NCBI GenBank assembly: GCA_040954595.2
Contig: CM082586.2
Location: 1,183,124-1,247,123 of the forward strand
Origin: Balanoglossus misakiensis
Taxonomy: Eukaryota; Animalia; Hemichordata
DNA: 64,000 nucleotides
Direction: 5' to 3'
This document shows, in pieces, positions 12,353-22,469 of the stretch. Each line of letters starts with the position of its first letter. The first letter of the stretch is position 1. The position numbers and the translations under genes were made by a program. Below the pieces are notes generated by a model. That model was not told the origin of the DNA, did no database searches, and saw nothing but the letters and a program-made list of their open reading frames with translations.

Positions 12353-14566
12353 ATGCCTAGCGTCCACGTGATATTGTTTGTCCTGGTAGTTCTGACCGGC
12401 TCCAGGAATTCTTCAACGAACAATATTCTCCTTGTGCCAGAAGACAGCGTTGGTAGTGTATTGTCATTTATGACGAAGATGGCGTGCAATCTCAGAGATC
12501 GGGGACACAACGTGAGCCTTGTTGTCTCTGGCAACCGCTACAATGACGTCATCAATAGAACAAACACAAATACAACTGGTATTAAGTTGCAGCCTTTCTC
12601 TACTACTGTTGGATTCGAAACGGTTATTACAAGCTACACAGAAACATTACTTGCTGGCAAAATGAGTTGGTATAGGCTTTGGAAAGACTATTTTCTTCTC
12701 ACTGACTATTGCGATGACCTATTTTCCGATTCGGAGTTCTTGCAACGTTTGAAAGACGAACACTTTGACCTGATAATCGCATGTGCAATTACTCCATGTA
12801 GTGCTTTACTCGCCCATTATTTGAACCGACCATTTGTTATAGTTTCTTTTACCAGACTTCTTCCTATTTCAAACGCCGATATGTATTCTATCCCCAACAA
12901 CCCTGCGTACATACCTTGTGTCGGTACAGGATTGACAGACAAGATGGACTTTTTCGAGAGAACTTATAACTTGGGTTATTTCTTCATGAGGTACATCACA
13001 GTCTATATGCGATTTGCCAAATTCGGGGAGTTGAAAGACAAACATAATATCAGACCAGATTTGGGAATTCGTGATGTGTACGCCGAAGCCGAATTGTTTT
13101 TCATCAACACGGACACAGCTTCGAGCTACCCTCGTCCCCTGATGCCAAATGTTGTGGCCCTGGGTTCCGGTTATCTCATTGATTCTGTGAAGCCTTTGAA
13201 CAAGGTACACTGCATTTTACTAATGCTAAACAGCGACATCTGGTAATTAAAACAGCGAGTGACTATAAAACTGCATGCCCTAACAAATTATACAGGGGAG
13301 ACTATCGTGTTTTTTGTGGATCATGTTTGTACAGCTTGTTAACTAGTTTTTAAATGTTTCAAAATTGAACCAACGCTCCGTCTTTTATATTCAAACAGGA
13401 CTTGGAAGACTTTATCGAGTCTTCAGGAGATGACGGTATTGTCATATTTTCGTTCGGTACCTACGTCGAATTTACCAGCAGCCAGTTCAGAAGATTCGCC
13501 ATGGCACTGGAAAGGTTACCACAGAAGGTGATCGCCAAATATGGCGGTGACGAACAACCCGAGTATCTGGAGAACAGTGTGAATATCAAACTTTCGAAGT
13601 GGATACCCCAGAATGATTTGCTTGGTAAGAGAGCCGTTGAAATTATTCATCAATTGAGATTCAATGATAATTAGTACCTAATGAATATCAGTAACAGGTT
13701 GGACTTCTTCCTATCAATTATCGCTTAAACTTTAATTTTGGAGCGCCTTCTACGATCGCGCAATACGATATGTTTCTCTAATATCTCTACAAAACTTCTT
13801 TACTTTCTCAAGAACATCCAAAGACTAAAGCGCTCATCTATCATGGTGGTATGAACGGAGTCCAAGAAGCTATTCATTATGCCGTTCCAGTTGTTGGAAT
13901 ACCTTTAGTCTATGATCAACATGACAACGTGCAGTTTCTTGTCGACAAGGGGATGGCGATTGCATTAGATGTTGGCACAATGACATCAGAGGACTTGTAC
14001 CAGGCGATTACGAAAATTATTACAGACCCAACGTTAGTAGCATTTCAACCAGTTTCACTGTATAACAAATTCCATTGTGTTGTAGGGAACGTGCGTCAGA
14101 GGATAGATATATGTGGCCAGGATAAAATGAAATCAGTGTGTAATTAAACTATATTAGTGGCTCATCACAGAATAATAATACCTCGACGTTATTTTGAAGA
14201 TATGAGATCTGAAACATTTATTTTCAATTATGACTTACCAAATTGTCATTATTCTCTTACAGATACAAGGAGAATGCTGAACGTCTTTCTCGTATTCAAA
14301 GAGATACACCGTTGTCACCCAAAGAAACTTTCATCTTTTGGATTGAATACATCATTCGACATGGCGGAAAACATCTGAAGTCGCAGGCAGCTAACTTGAA
14401 CTTCTTTCAGTATTACAGCATCGATGTCTGTGTATTTATATTGGTGATGTTCAGCATAGCAATATTCATGTTTGTCCAAATTTGTCGATATTGTCGCAAC
14501 GCGTACGCCTGTCGTAATGTAATCAACTGGACCTGTTATAAGAAGACGAAGTTCAAACGACATTAA
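12353..14566 (+). CDS. UDP-glycosyltransferase, copy 2 (tandem paralog); exons 12353-13204, 13399-13624, 13813-14032, 14263-14566
   Basis: Same intron positions and phases as copy 1; signature [21 protein letters not shown]...PLVYDQ; TM and KFKRH C-terminus. Confidence 0.95.
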
Positions 14567-15804
14567 TAACCTGAACGTTAGCAGCCGCATTTAACAATTA
14601 TAGCCCGACTTCAAAGGTTCTTGTGGCATTTTAATTTGACATCATATTGCAGTCACGATGTACTAGACTTATTTCAGTTTAGGTTTATCCAGATTAGAGA
14701 TCGCCAGTATTTGTGATTTTTCATCAACTGTCAACGGCTTGAACAGGTGTGACCTTGGTGTGACCGTGTTTCAAGTTGTTAGTGTCAGCGCCCTCTATAG
14801 TAACAGTTGCATTGCACTCGTTTACGAGTATACCATGTGCAATCGACTGGAGCGACCTCACACAACTGCAGGAACAATGTTATCTGGTGCTTTTGTCCAG
14901 ATAACTGGCAAATTCTTCATTTTTGGTGGTTTTTCCCCCAGTCTATCATTTTTGACTTTTTTCAGATTGTTGTATGTATGTCAACCATGGTTTCTTGATC
15001 TGCTCCGAGGCAATGTTAAATGCCTGGTGTGTATCTTCTCAACATAGCCATGTGTAGAAAATCAACATTGATATAATGGAAACAAATTACCTTTAAGTCC
15101 GGACTTGATCCATTTGTCAATAAGAGGGGTACTCATGATAACTTGCTGGGAAACTGACAACCAGGCACTGGAAGGAGAACAAGAAAACATATTGATAAAA
15201 AAACTAAAAAATAAAGGTTAATATTTTTGCCATTTTACAACTTCCTGGTTCAGTTTTTGGAGCTTGGTGGTCACATCTATTGTCACTATGGAGACAATGA
15301 AACAAAGGAATACAAATAGAGCTAGCTGTACTTGGATGCAAGCAAATGTACTTTATTATTAACCCTTCCATAATCATCACCTCACATGTACAGAAATGTG
15401 GGACATTTAAAAAACAACTAGGGCAGCAAATACTTTAAAAGTGATCTTCATGAGAACTTCTAGGATCTCAAATAGCAAGGCAGTTACATTCTCATGGGAC
15501 ACAGGACAAACAACACATGGCCCATCATATAAAACAGCAAAAAAGTTGCAAATTCGGTTAAAATCTGCACCTATTCTAGTAGTAATGCAGAATATCTTTT
15601 ATTGGTATGCTGTGAGGAAACCATAGAAACCATAGACGAATAAAACACAATTATTACAAAGTATAGTAATGCTTATGATAAAGTTTAACAAATTCACAAA
15701 AATTAAAAAAGTGTCATTTCCTTGTAGCAGTCACATACATTTTCAAAACAGAGTGAAGATTCAGTCAATATGGCGTGCATACAATATTAAATGTCAAAGT
15801 CTCA

Positions 15805-18800
15805 TCACACTCCCGTATGTTTCTTCTTTTTATGGCGAGACAGATAACTCTGGTGTGAGAATGCAGCGTCACAAATTCCACATTTGAAGGGTTTCACCCC
15901 AGAATGCATATTCATGTGTTCAGCCAACGTTTTCTTCCACATAAACATCCTGTGGCAGATAGGACAGCTCAGTTCGTTTTCCTGATGCATTTTGGCATGT
16001 GACACATAATCGGATAATTTTCCAAAGACGCTACTGCACAGCTCACAAGTGTATCTCTGGCCAGTATCTTCCTTGTGGATTTCATGTGTAGTGCTTTCAG
16101 CATAGTCTTTGGGATCCTGGATAACTGGCACATATGCACTGTTTTCGCCATAGTTTGCACTACCTTGGCTGTCATGAACATTACTCTCACTGCAGTCTCT
16201 GCCATCTTGGGTTACTGGTATGTACACAGTTTCTCCATAGCCTGCTGCATCTTGACTTTCCTGAACAGCCATTTCAGCGTAGTTTCCGCTGCCTTGGGTT
16301 TCACGCAGATCATTTTCAGTACGGGGACTGTCCTGCACACTGCTTCCCCCCGACTCTTCTATAAGAATCACAGGATCTTGGTTTCTGTGTGAATTTCTTT
16401 CTGTGCCATCTTTGATAACGGGGTATTCGTTTCCATCCATTTCGACGCTGTCTTGACTGCCTCCATGTCCCAGAGAATAAGAGTCTGGCTGATTAGCGAT
16501 CACTGTGTGAGGTGTTAGATCCTCCGGCCTCTCAATGGATTCCCCGCGCACGTTTGTGGATTTTTTCTGGGAGTGATACAGCCTCATATGGTTGTAGTAG
16601 GTTTGCTGTCGGTGGAAGACTTGTCTGCAAATTTCGCAGGTGAGAACTTTCCTTTTGTGTGAGTACAGGTGAACCCTGAGGACCTCCTTGCGGCCGAATG
16701 TCTTACTGCAGTAGTGGCAGCTGTACTTTGGGTCCTTGCGGTGAGTTGCATAGTGTTGGGTTAGAAGACTGGGTTTGCTGAACTTGCTGTTGCACTCACT
16801 GCACGGGAAGAGTTTCTTGGCTTGCTGTGGGTGCTTCTTGTTTCTGTGGTGCATCAGTTGACTGCGCCACTTGAACGCCTCTCCACACAGGGGACAATTG
16901 TAAGGTTTATTGCCATAATGGACTCTCAGGTGATCCTTGTAGGCACTCAGGCTGGAGAATATTTTCCCACAGATGACACAGACTGGATTTTTGCCTCTGT
17001 GGCTCTTCAGGTGAACCTTGTAAAGTGTCTGCCTTCCAAATGCCTTGCCGCAGACCCCACAGATATATTTTGCATCGCGGTGGTTTGTCTTGTAGTGGTC
17101 CTGTAAGAGATTGTGGCTGTCAAATTTCTCTTTGCACTCACTGCAAGTGTATGTTCTGCTCGCGTTGTGTTTCCTGATTTTGTGCTCTCGGAGCTGACAA
17201 CGCCACTTGAAGTTCTCTTGACAGATTTTGCACTGGTAAGGTCGCTTGCCAAAATGACAAACCTGTATGTGGTGTTGACATGCTTCCCTGCTGGAGTATA
17301 TTTTGTTGCAGTACATACATACATTGCTGCTGAAAGCATGCCTGTATTGGTGAACTTTATAAATGTCCCTTCGACCAAATGTGTCCTGGCATTCCTCACA
17401 CTTGTACTTGGATTCCCTATCGTGCATTGCATAGTGTTGTTTCAGTAACGCCGCTTCACTGAATATGGCCCCACACTCCGAGCAAAACAAAGGTCCTTCA
17501 TGTTTACTTGATATGTGACGGTTAAAGCTACACTGCCATTTGAACACTTCGCCGCACAAGTCACACTCGAACAGCTGACCTGGAGAGTGGTTCATTTTGA
17601 AATGGCCTTTCCAATCGTCTTCATCCTCACACACTTCGCCGCAACCCTGGCACGGTGAGACAGAGCTCTCAGTGTGAGTTTTGCAATGCAGCAAATACAC
17701 AGCCTTCCTACCGAAAGATTTCTCGCACTGACTACAATTGTACTTTGCTTTCTCATCGTGACTTGCATGGTGATGTTTCAGCAAGTATACACTGTCGAAT
17801 CTGGCATCGCATTCATGACAGACAAAATCACTGCCCACTTTATGCTCAGTCTTGATGTGCTTAATCCTCTGACATCTCCAATTGAACTTTTCACCGCACA
17901 AATCACAGCTGCACAATTTCTTCCCCTGGTGGGTGGCCATATGACCTCTCATCGAATCTTTGCTTTTGAGAACTTTGCTGCACAGCTCACACTTGTAAAA
18001 CTTCTGCTCAGTCATCATGATTTCCTGCATTTTGCCACGGTGCAGAACTGAATTTCCCTGGCTGCCCTTGCCTGCTGCCGGGATGTTCTGCAACACAACA
18101 TTGCTGCCATCGTGTGACAGAGTGGAACGGCCACCAGCAGAATGCCCATGTCTGTCATAACCAGCCATTCCATCACCCAGAATCACCGGCACACCATTTT
18201 CATTATAGCAGAGGGCAGTTCCTTTGAGGTTACAAAGCAAGTACCCGGAAATCATTTTTTCTCCAACAAGACCTGTTTCCTCATGCTGCACTGCAGCTTG
18301 ATGTTGATAAGCCTGGTGCCCTGTTGTCAGCACTAGTGAATTTCTATCTGCATTGACACGATCTGATTCGCCGCTTGTACTTGGACTATCCCATTCTTCT
18401 GGAGGAGGAGACTGTGCTGTTTCTGCTGCATGTGCCACATAGAAGTCGCTTGGAACCTCTTCCTTTATTCTGACTGTGGGGCTGCTATTGGTAGCCATGG
18501 CAACATCATCCTGTGGCAAATTTGATGTTACACCCACAGGATAACTATCTGTTCTGGATGGGCTTTCCGGTTGGTTCCCGTCTTCAGTTGACATGTTACC
18601 ATTCTCTGTCTGGGGTGGTTGATCTGCATCTCCATTTGGTCCCCTGTCCCTGGGGACTTCAACAATCGTACTTTGATTCGCTTCAGATTCGCCATCACTT
18701 GTTCCCAATTGAGCGGGTAAAGTTGTTCCCGAGGGTGAATTAGCATCGGACTGCAAATATTTGTCCCGGAATTCAGCACACCCGTCTCCGAGCTCCTCTA

Positions 18801-19122
18801 ACTGGAAAAGCACAGCAGCCAGTTTCAAATCCTCAACATTTCCATCACTGATCTGAATTCTGCCAGTGTACATAAAATCTAGAAGACATGGCACCAAGTC
18901 AGCCTTCACCAGCTTGAAGAAGTCTTCCACCCGCACCTTGTTATTACTGCTTGAAGTCGACACGCTGTACAGCAATGGACTTGAACTTGCCAGGACGACT
19001 TGGTGACAGGGGAAAGTTTTTTCCCCAATGTGAAGTTCAATGTCAGTAAACATAGACTGTTTTCGTAAGGTGTTGAGTTTTGACAGCATCAAAGTGGGAC
19101 TATTTGATGCTGTGAATTCCAT
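15805..19122 (-). CDS. BTB/POZ C2H2 zinc-finger protein (ZBTB-like), 1105 aa, single coding exon, ~20 fingers
   Basis: N-terminal BTB (FTDIELHIGEKTFPCHQVVLASSS...LLDFMYTG); 17 central and 3 C-terminal C2H2 fingers, the last joined by an HSGVKPF linker. Confidence 0.93.
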   Translation of the reverse strand: MEFTASNSPTLMLSKLNTLRKQSMFTDIELHIGEKTFPCHQVVLASSSPLLYSVSTSSSNNKVRVEDFFKLVKADLVPCLLDFMYTGRIQISDGNVEDLKLAAVLFQLEELGDGCAEFRDKYLQSDANSPSGTTLPAQLGTSDGESEANQSTIVEVPRDRGPNGDADQPPQTENGNMSTEDGNQPESPSRTDSYPVGVTSNLPQDDVAMATNSSPTVRIKEEVPSDFYVAHAAETAQSPPPEEWDSPSTSGESDRVNADRNSLVLTTGHQAYQHQAAVQHEETGLVGEKMISGYLLCNLKGTALCYNENGVPVILGDGMAGYDRHGHSAGGRSTLSHDGSNVVLQNIPAAGKGSQGNSVLHRGKMQEIMMTEQKFYKCELCSKVLKSKDSMRGHMATHQGKKLCSCDLCGEKFNWRCQRIKHIKTEHKVGSDFVCHECDARFDSVYLLKHHHASHDEKAKYNCSQCEKSFGRKAVYLLHCKTHTESSVSPCQGCGEVCEDEDDWKGHFKMNHSPGQLFECDLCGEVFKWQCSFNRHISSKHEGPLFCSECGAIFSEAALLKQHYAMHDRESKYKCEECQDTFGRRDIYKVHQYRHAFSSNVCMYCNKIYSSREACQHHIQVCHFGKRPYQCKICQENFKWRCQLREHKIRKHNASRTYTCSECKEKFDSHNLLQDHYKTNHRDAKYICGVCGKAFGRQTLYKVHLKSHRGKNPVCVICGKIFSSLSAYKDHLRVHYGNKPYNCPLCGEAFKWRSQLMHHRNKKHPQQAKKLFPCSECNSKFSKPSLLTQHYATHRKDPKYSCHYCSKTFGRKEVLRVHLYSHKRKVLTCEICRQVFHRQQTYYNHMRLYHSQKKSTNVRGESIERPEDLTPHTVIANQPDSYSLGHGGSQDSVEMDGNEYPVIKDGTERNSHRNQDPVILIEESGGSSVQDSPRTENDLRETQGSGNYAEMAVQESQDAAGYGETVYIPVTQDGRDCSESNVHDSQGSANYGENSAYVPVIQDPKDYAESTTHEIHKEDTGQRYTCELCSSVFGKLSDYVSHAKMHQENELSCPICHRMFMWKKTLAEHMNMHSGVKPFKCGICDAAFSHQSYLSRHKKKKHTGV

Positions 19123-20312
19123 GGTTTGTATTGTACAGGCCCACTATGACCACCGCCACACAGATGTTCTTGTTTTTGTCTGAAAGCCCAATAAGAGAAT
19201 GCTCATCAGAATCGTGTACACCGACGAGCTCGAACTACGTGGTCAAGTTCCACTTCTTGTCAAAGATCGGGAAACGTCTCATGCAAATATCGGGTTCGCA
19301 CAAACCCAACAGAAATTTCACTTCTTTTAACGAGTGCTTGACGTGTGCTTACATGCACCCGTCTTTGAAAGAATTCCCTTTGTCGCTCGAGAATGCTGCA
19401 AAAGACAATGGTGGTAATCTTGGCTGTACATTGTACAGTGCACATATATAATTGAACTGCCTGAATGAATGAATATACAGGCAGTGCCAAACTCATAGGC
19501 GACAGAATCAACTCTTTCAACCTCTAGACAAACTTACCTCTGCTATTTTAAGGTTCTCCAAACATTATCTTGATTATTACACTTCATTCAGGCGTTGGTT
19601 GTGAATTCGTTTGACGAGAGATACACTGAGTTATGACCTGGTCAAAATCCCCTAGCAACAGAATAAGCTTCATTCCGGATTCCAGGTACTTCGAAGGCTG
19701 CAGGCTGGATATCTGTGGAATCGGTGGATATTGCCACGTCCAGCTATAACTAAATTGGAGCATGTATAATTACGTTGTAATAATGTTTTAACTTGAACTC
19801 CTACATTTTCGTGACATGTCAAAGATCTGACAATAGCACCTTTGATATTTTCAATCCGATTCAGAATCTGTTCTGACCTGATCGTCTAGCCACCAACGTT
19901 CAACTTGAAAAATGTTTTGTTTACTTTCTCTGGGCTTTTGTTGCAGGGTTTCAGATATGCAAGAAAAAAAAGGGGGGGGGGTCTTTAAAAAAAACATTGC
20001 GAGGGCACACTCAAGAAGTTACACAACAGAAAGACCACAAGGGATATGAATGTCAAACACTTCATTTTTATTTCACTGAAAACTGTGATACATGTACAAT
20101 GTTTGAGATTACAATTTGAAGATACAAGTTTCATTCCTTGGCTGTTGCATTTGGTCATGTTGACATTGAATGTTTATGCAGTGTCAAACCACAGAAATAT
20201 TTATTGCTGAGTCATCTTTTTACATTATGATAGAGCTAGTAATGAATGCAAAACACTTTGTCAATTTGTGAAGTGATGTGCATCTCTGATATATTAGCAA
20301 GAGTGTGCATAT

Positions 20313-20397
20313 TAACTAAGTATTTAAAGCCGCATCACTTCGCTCATGGATATGCCTATTGTTAAAGGAATGGGTCTGGGCTTTTGGAGGCGCATCC
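20313..20397 (-). repeat. Split direct repeat B2 (element 3' terminus)
   Basis: taactaagtatttaaagccg...ggaggcgcatcc, identical to 20637-20721. Confidence 0.95.
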
Positions 20398-20532
20398 ATA
20401 GCGAAGTGTAAAACCTCTTATATTCAAAAAGCGGGAGGGCGGGTGGGAATACATTCGCAAAGGATTTACCGAGGGGGCTGGTCATATAAAAATCCCCACC
20501 CTGTCCCGTTTACGCACATAGCCCTGCTCTCT

Positions 20533-20638
20533 TGGCCTATTGCAAGGGAGGGACAGACTGTACGTTGCTCGTTGCTTTTATACTTCGGCTCATTTGCATA
20601 TGGCGGATGGATATCGCTCTGTGCTGCGGTTTTGAATA
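20533..20638 (-). repeat. Split direct repeat A2 (internal)
   Basis: tggcctattgcaaggg...gcggttttgaata, identical to 26587-26692. Confidence 0.95.
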
Positions 20639-20721
20639 ACTAAGTATTTAAAGCCGCATCACTTCGCTCATGGATATGCCTATTGTTAAAGGAATGGGTC
20701 TGGGCTTTTGGAGGCGCATCC
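20637..20721 (-). repeat. Split direct repeat B1 (internal, abuts A2 and shares TA with it)
   Basis: Identical to 20313-20397. Confidence 0.95.
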
Positions 20722-21035
20722 GGACGCAAAGCCTATTCTCCTCGCGCTTGAGCCCATTATTACCTAGTTGGGTATCCCCCCAATCCTTAAAATACAGTCA
20801 ACCAAAGTAACAAACAAGCTTCTACTACAAACACACCCAACCTTCATCCAACCATAAATTACGGCTGGAAATGAAAAAGAACGAAAAACGGTACCTTCAT
20901 TTTATTGTGCTTTATTCCGTTATAAGTACTTGAAAATTGTCTGGTGCACTCTTCCCTGTCGGGGGTATAGTGCGAGAGAGAGAAAACAAAGGGGAAAAAA
21001 TAAATTTACTGTGTCAGAGAAATACATCGGGAGGC

Positions 21036-22319
21036 TCATTTTTTCTCAACAAAAGCCTTGGAAAATCCAATTAACTCATTGAGGTTCTCATATCTTTTTG
21101 TGTTCTGCTTTTCGTCGTTGGCTAACTCAGATAAGGTGCTTGCTGGTGATCCCCAACTAATGACCTTCCCTAACTGCATATAGTACTGTGCCGTTTCTTC
21201 CGCTCTCCAACCCACATGGGACATAAGAGTCTTAATGTCCGTGCCTGCCATGGCCAAAGAAATAGCGCAAGCACTTCGGCAGCCATGTGGGGTTTCGCCT
21301 GCGTCGATTCCTACATCTAGTAGGTATGTTTTTAACCGGTGATAAGCTAATTGCGATGAGAACGGCTTTTGCTCTGGCACTCCCTGTGAGTTTGTAGGGC
21401 GAAACAGGTAACCTGTTGTAAGGTCGATATCGAGGCTGGATGCAAGCTCGAGATATGCCTCCAAAGTGTTAATCGGACACATGAGAGTATCTTGGCATCG
21501 CTTAACTGCGAATAGGTTTGACCCCGCCCCCCGGAGCGTTTTACCAAAGGTGTGATTGAAGAGCAGGCCTGAATTATCGGGTAGCCGCAAAATTTCCTGC
21601 GTTTTCACGTGTCCTAAATCATGCGCCCTGTCACCAGAGAAGGCTAGTAGTTTAAAAAATGCCATATCCCTGGCGAGAATGTACAATTGTTGAGCAGTTT
21701 GTGGGCTCTTCATTTTGTCTATAATATGACGGTAAATTAGCCGCATCTTATCTAGAAAGAGAGGTTTCGCCTGCTTTGGTGTCAGGAGTGCTCTGGCCTG
21801 TTCTTCAGATGTTTTCTTAATGTACCTTTCTATTATAATTGACTCCAAGGGGTTAGGGGTGGCCTTACCGGCTACCACTGCCTGGGACTGATAAAATGTC
21901 TTTAATTTGGAGACCATATTTCTGACTGTATTGGCACGGAGCCTTTTTGGACAAGCACACTGCTGGAGTCCAGATGATCCTAAATGTGCACAATTTACCT
22001 CATGTACCTGAGTTTTCGCGTCTTTATCTTTAAAAATAAGGAACCTAGTGATATCTTGGGGTGTTGCCGACCAGATACTTTTTTTGCTATCCAACTTAAA
22101 AAGGAACGACTCCAGTTGTTGGACGAGACGGTCCTTTTGTATTTCATGTTGAGAGCGATCGCCGAGAATGACTTGCATACGCTGATCGATTTCCGGCAGG
22201 TTAAAACCAGTTGGGAGACTTCCCTGGGCATGTTCACGCTGGCGAGAGTAGTGAGTCTTGGTGCCACAGTTATGGCAGTAGTTTTCGTGATGATTGTCCA
22301 ACCCGCACATCCAGCAGTC
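21036..22319 (-). CDS. Tyrosine recombinase with an N-terminal CxxC...CxxC motif; reading frame opens at splice acceptor 22319 (first ATG 22310)
   Basis: Catalytic R (SGDRAHD), K (FGKT), HxxR (HGCR), H/W (HVGW), Y (AQYY); DCWMCG...YCHNCG. Confidence 0.93.
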   Translation of the reverse strand, partial: DCWMCGLDNHHENYCHNCGTKTHYSRQREHAQGSLPTGFNLPEIDQRMQVILGDRSQHEIQKDRLVQQLESFLFKLDSKKSIWSATPQDITRFLIFKDKDAKTQVHEVNCAHLGSSGLQQCACPKRLRANTVRNMVSKLKTFYQSQAVVAGKATPNPLESIIIERYIKKTSEEQARALLTPKQAKPLFLDKMRLIYRHIIDKMKSPQTAQQLYILARDMAFFKLLAFSGDRAHDLGHVKTQEILRLPDNSGLLFNHTFGKTLRGAGSNLFAVKRCQDTLMCPINTLEAYLELASSLDIDLTTGYLFRPTNSQGVPEQKPFSSQLAYHRLKTYLLDVGIDAGETPHGCRSACAISLAMAGTDIKTLMSHVGWRAEETAQYYMQLGKVISWGSPASTLSELANDEKQNTKRYENLNELIGFSKAFVEKK

Positions 22320-22469
22320 CTAAGCGGGGAAAATTGGACAAGCACGTGAAGACGTACAGTGCGCATGATTTAGTCGCTTGTATATAAAAAAAAAATACGT
22401 ATATTTATCCGTTGAATAAAATTATTTTTGTTTCTTTATTTTTTGTCTGTCTGTCTCCATAATTAAGAC

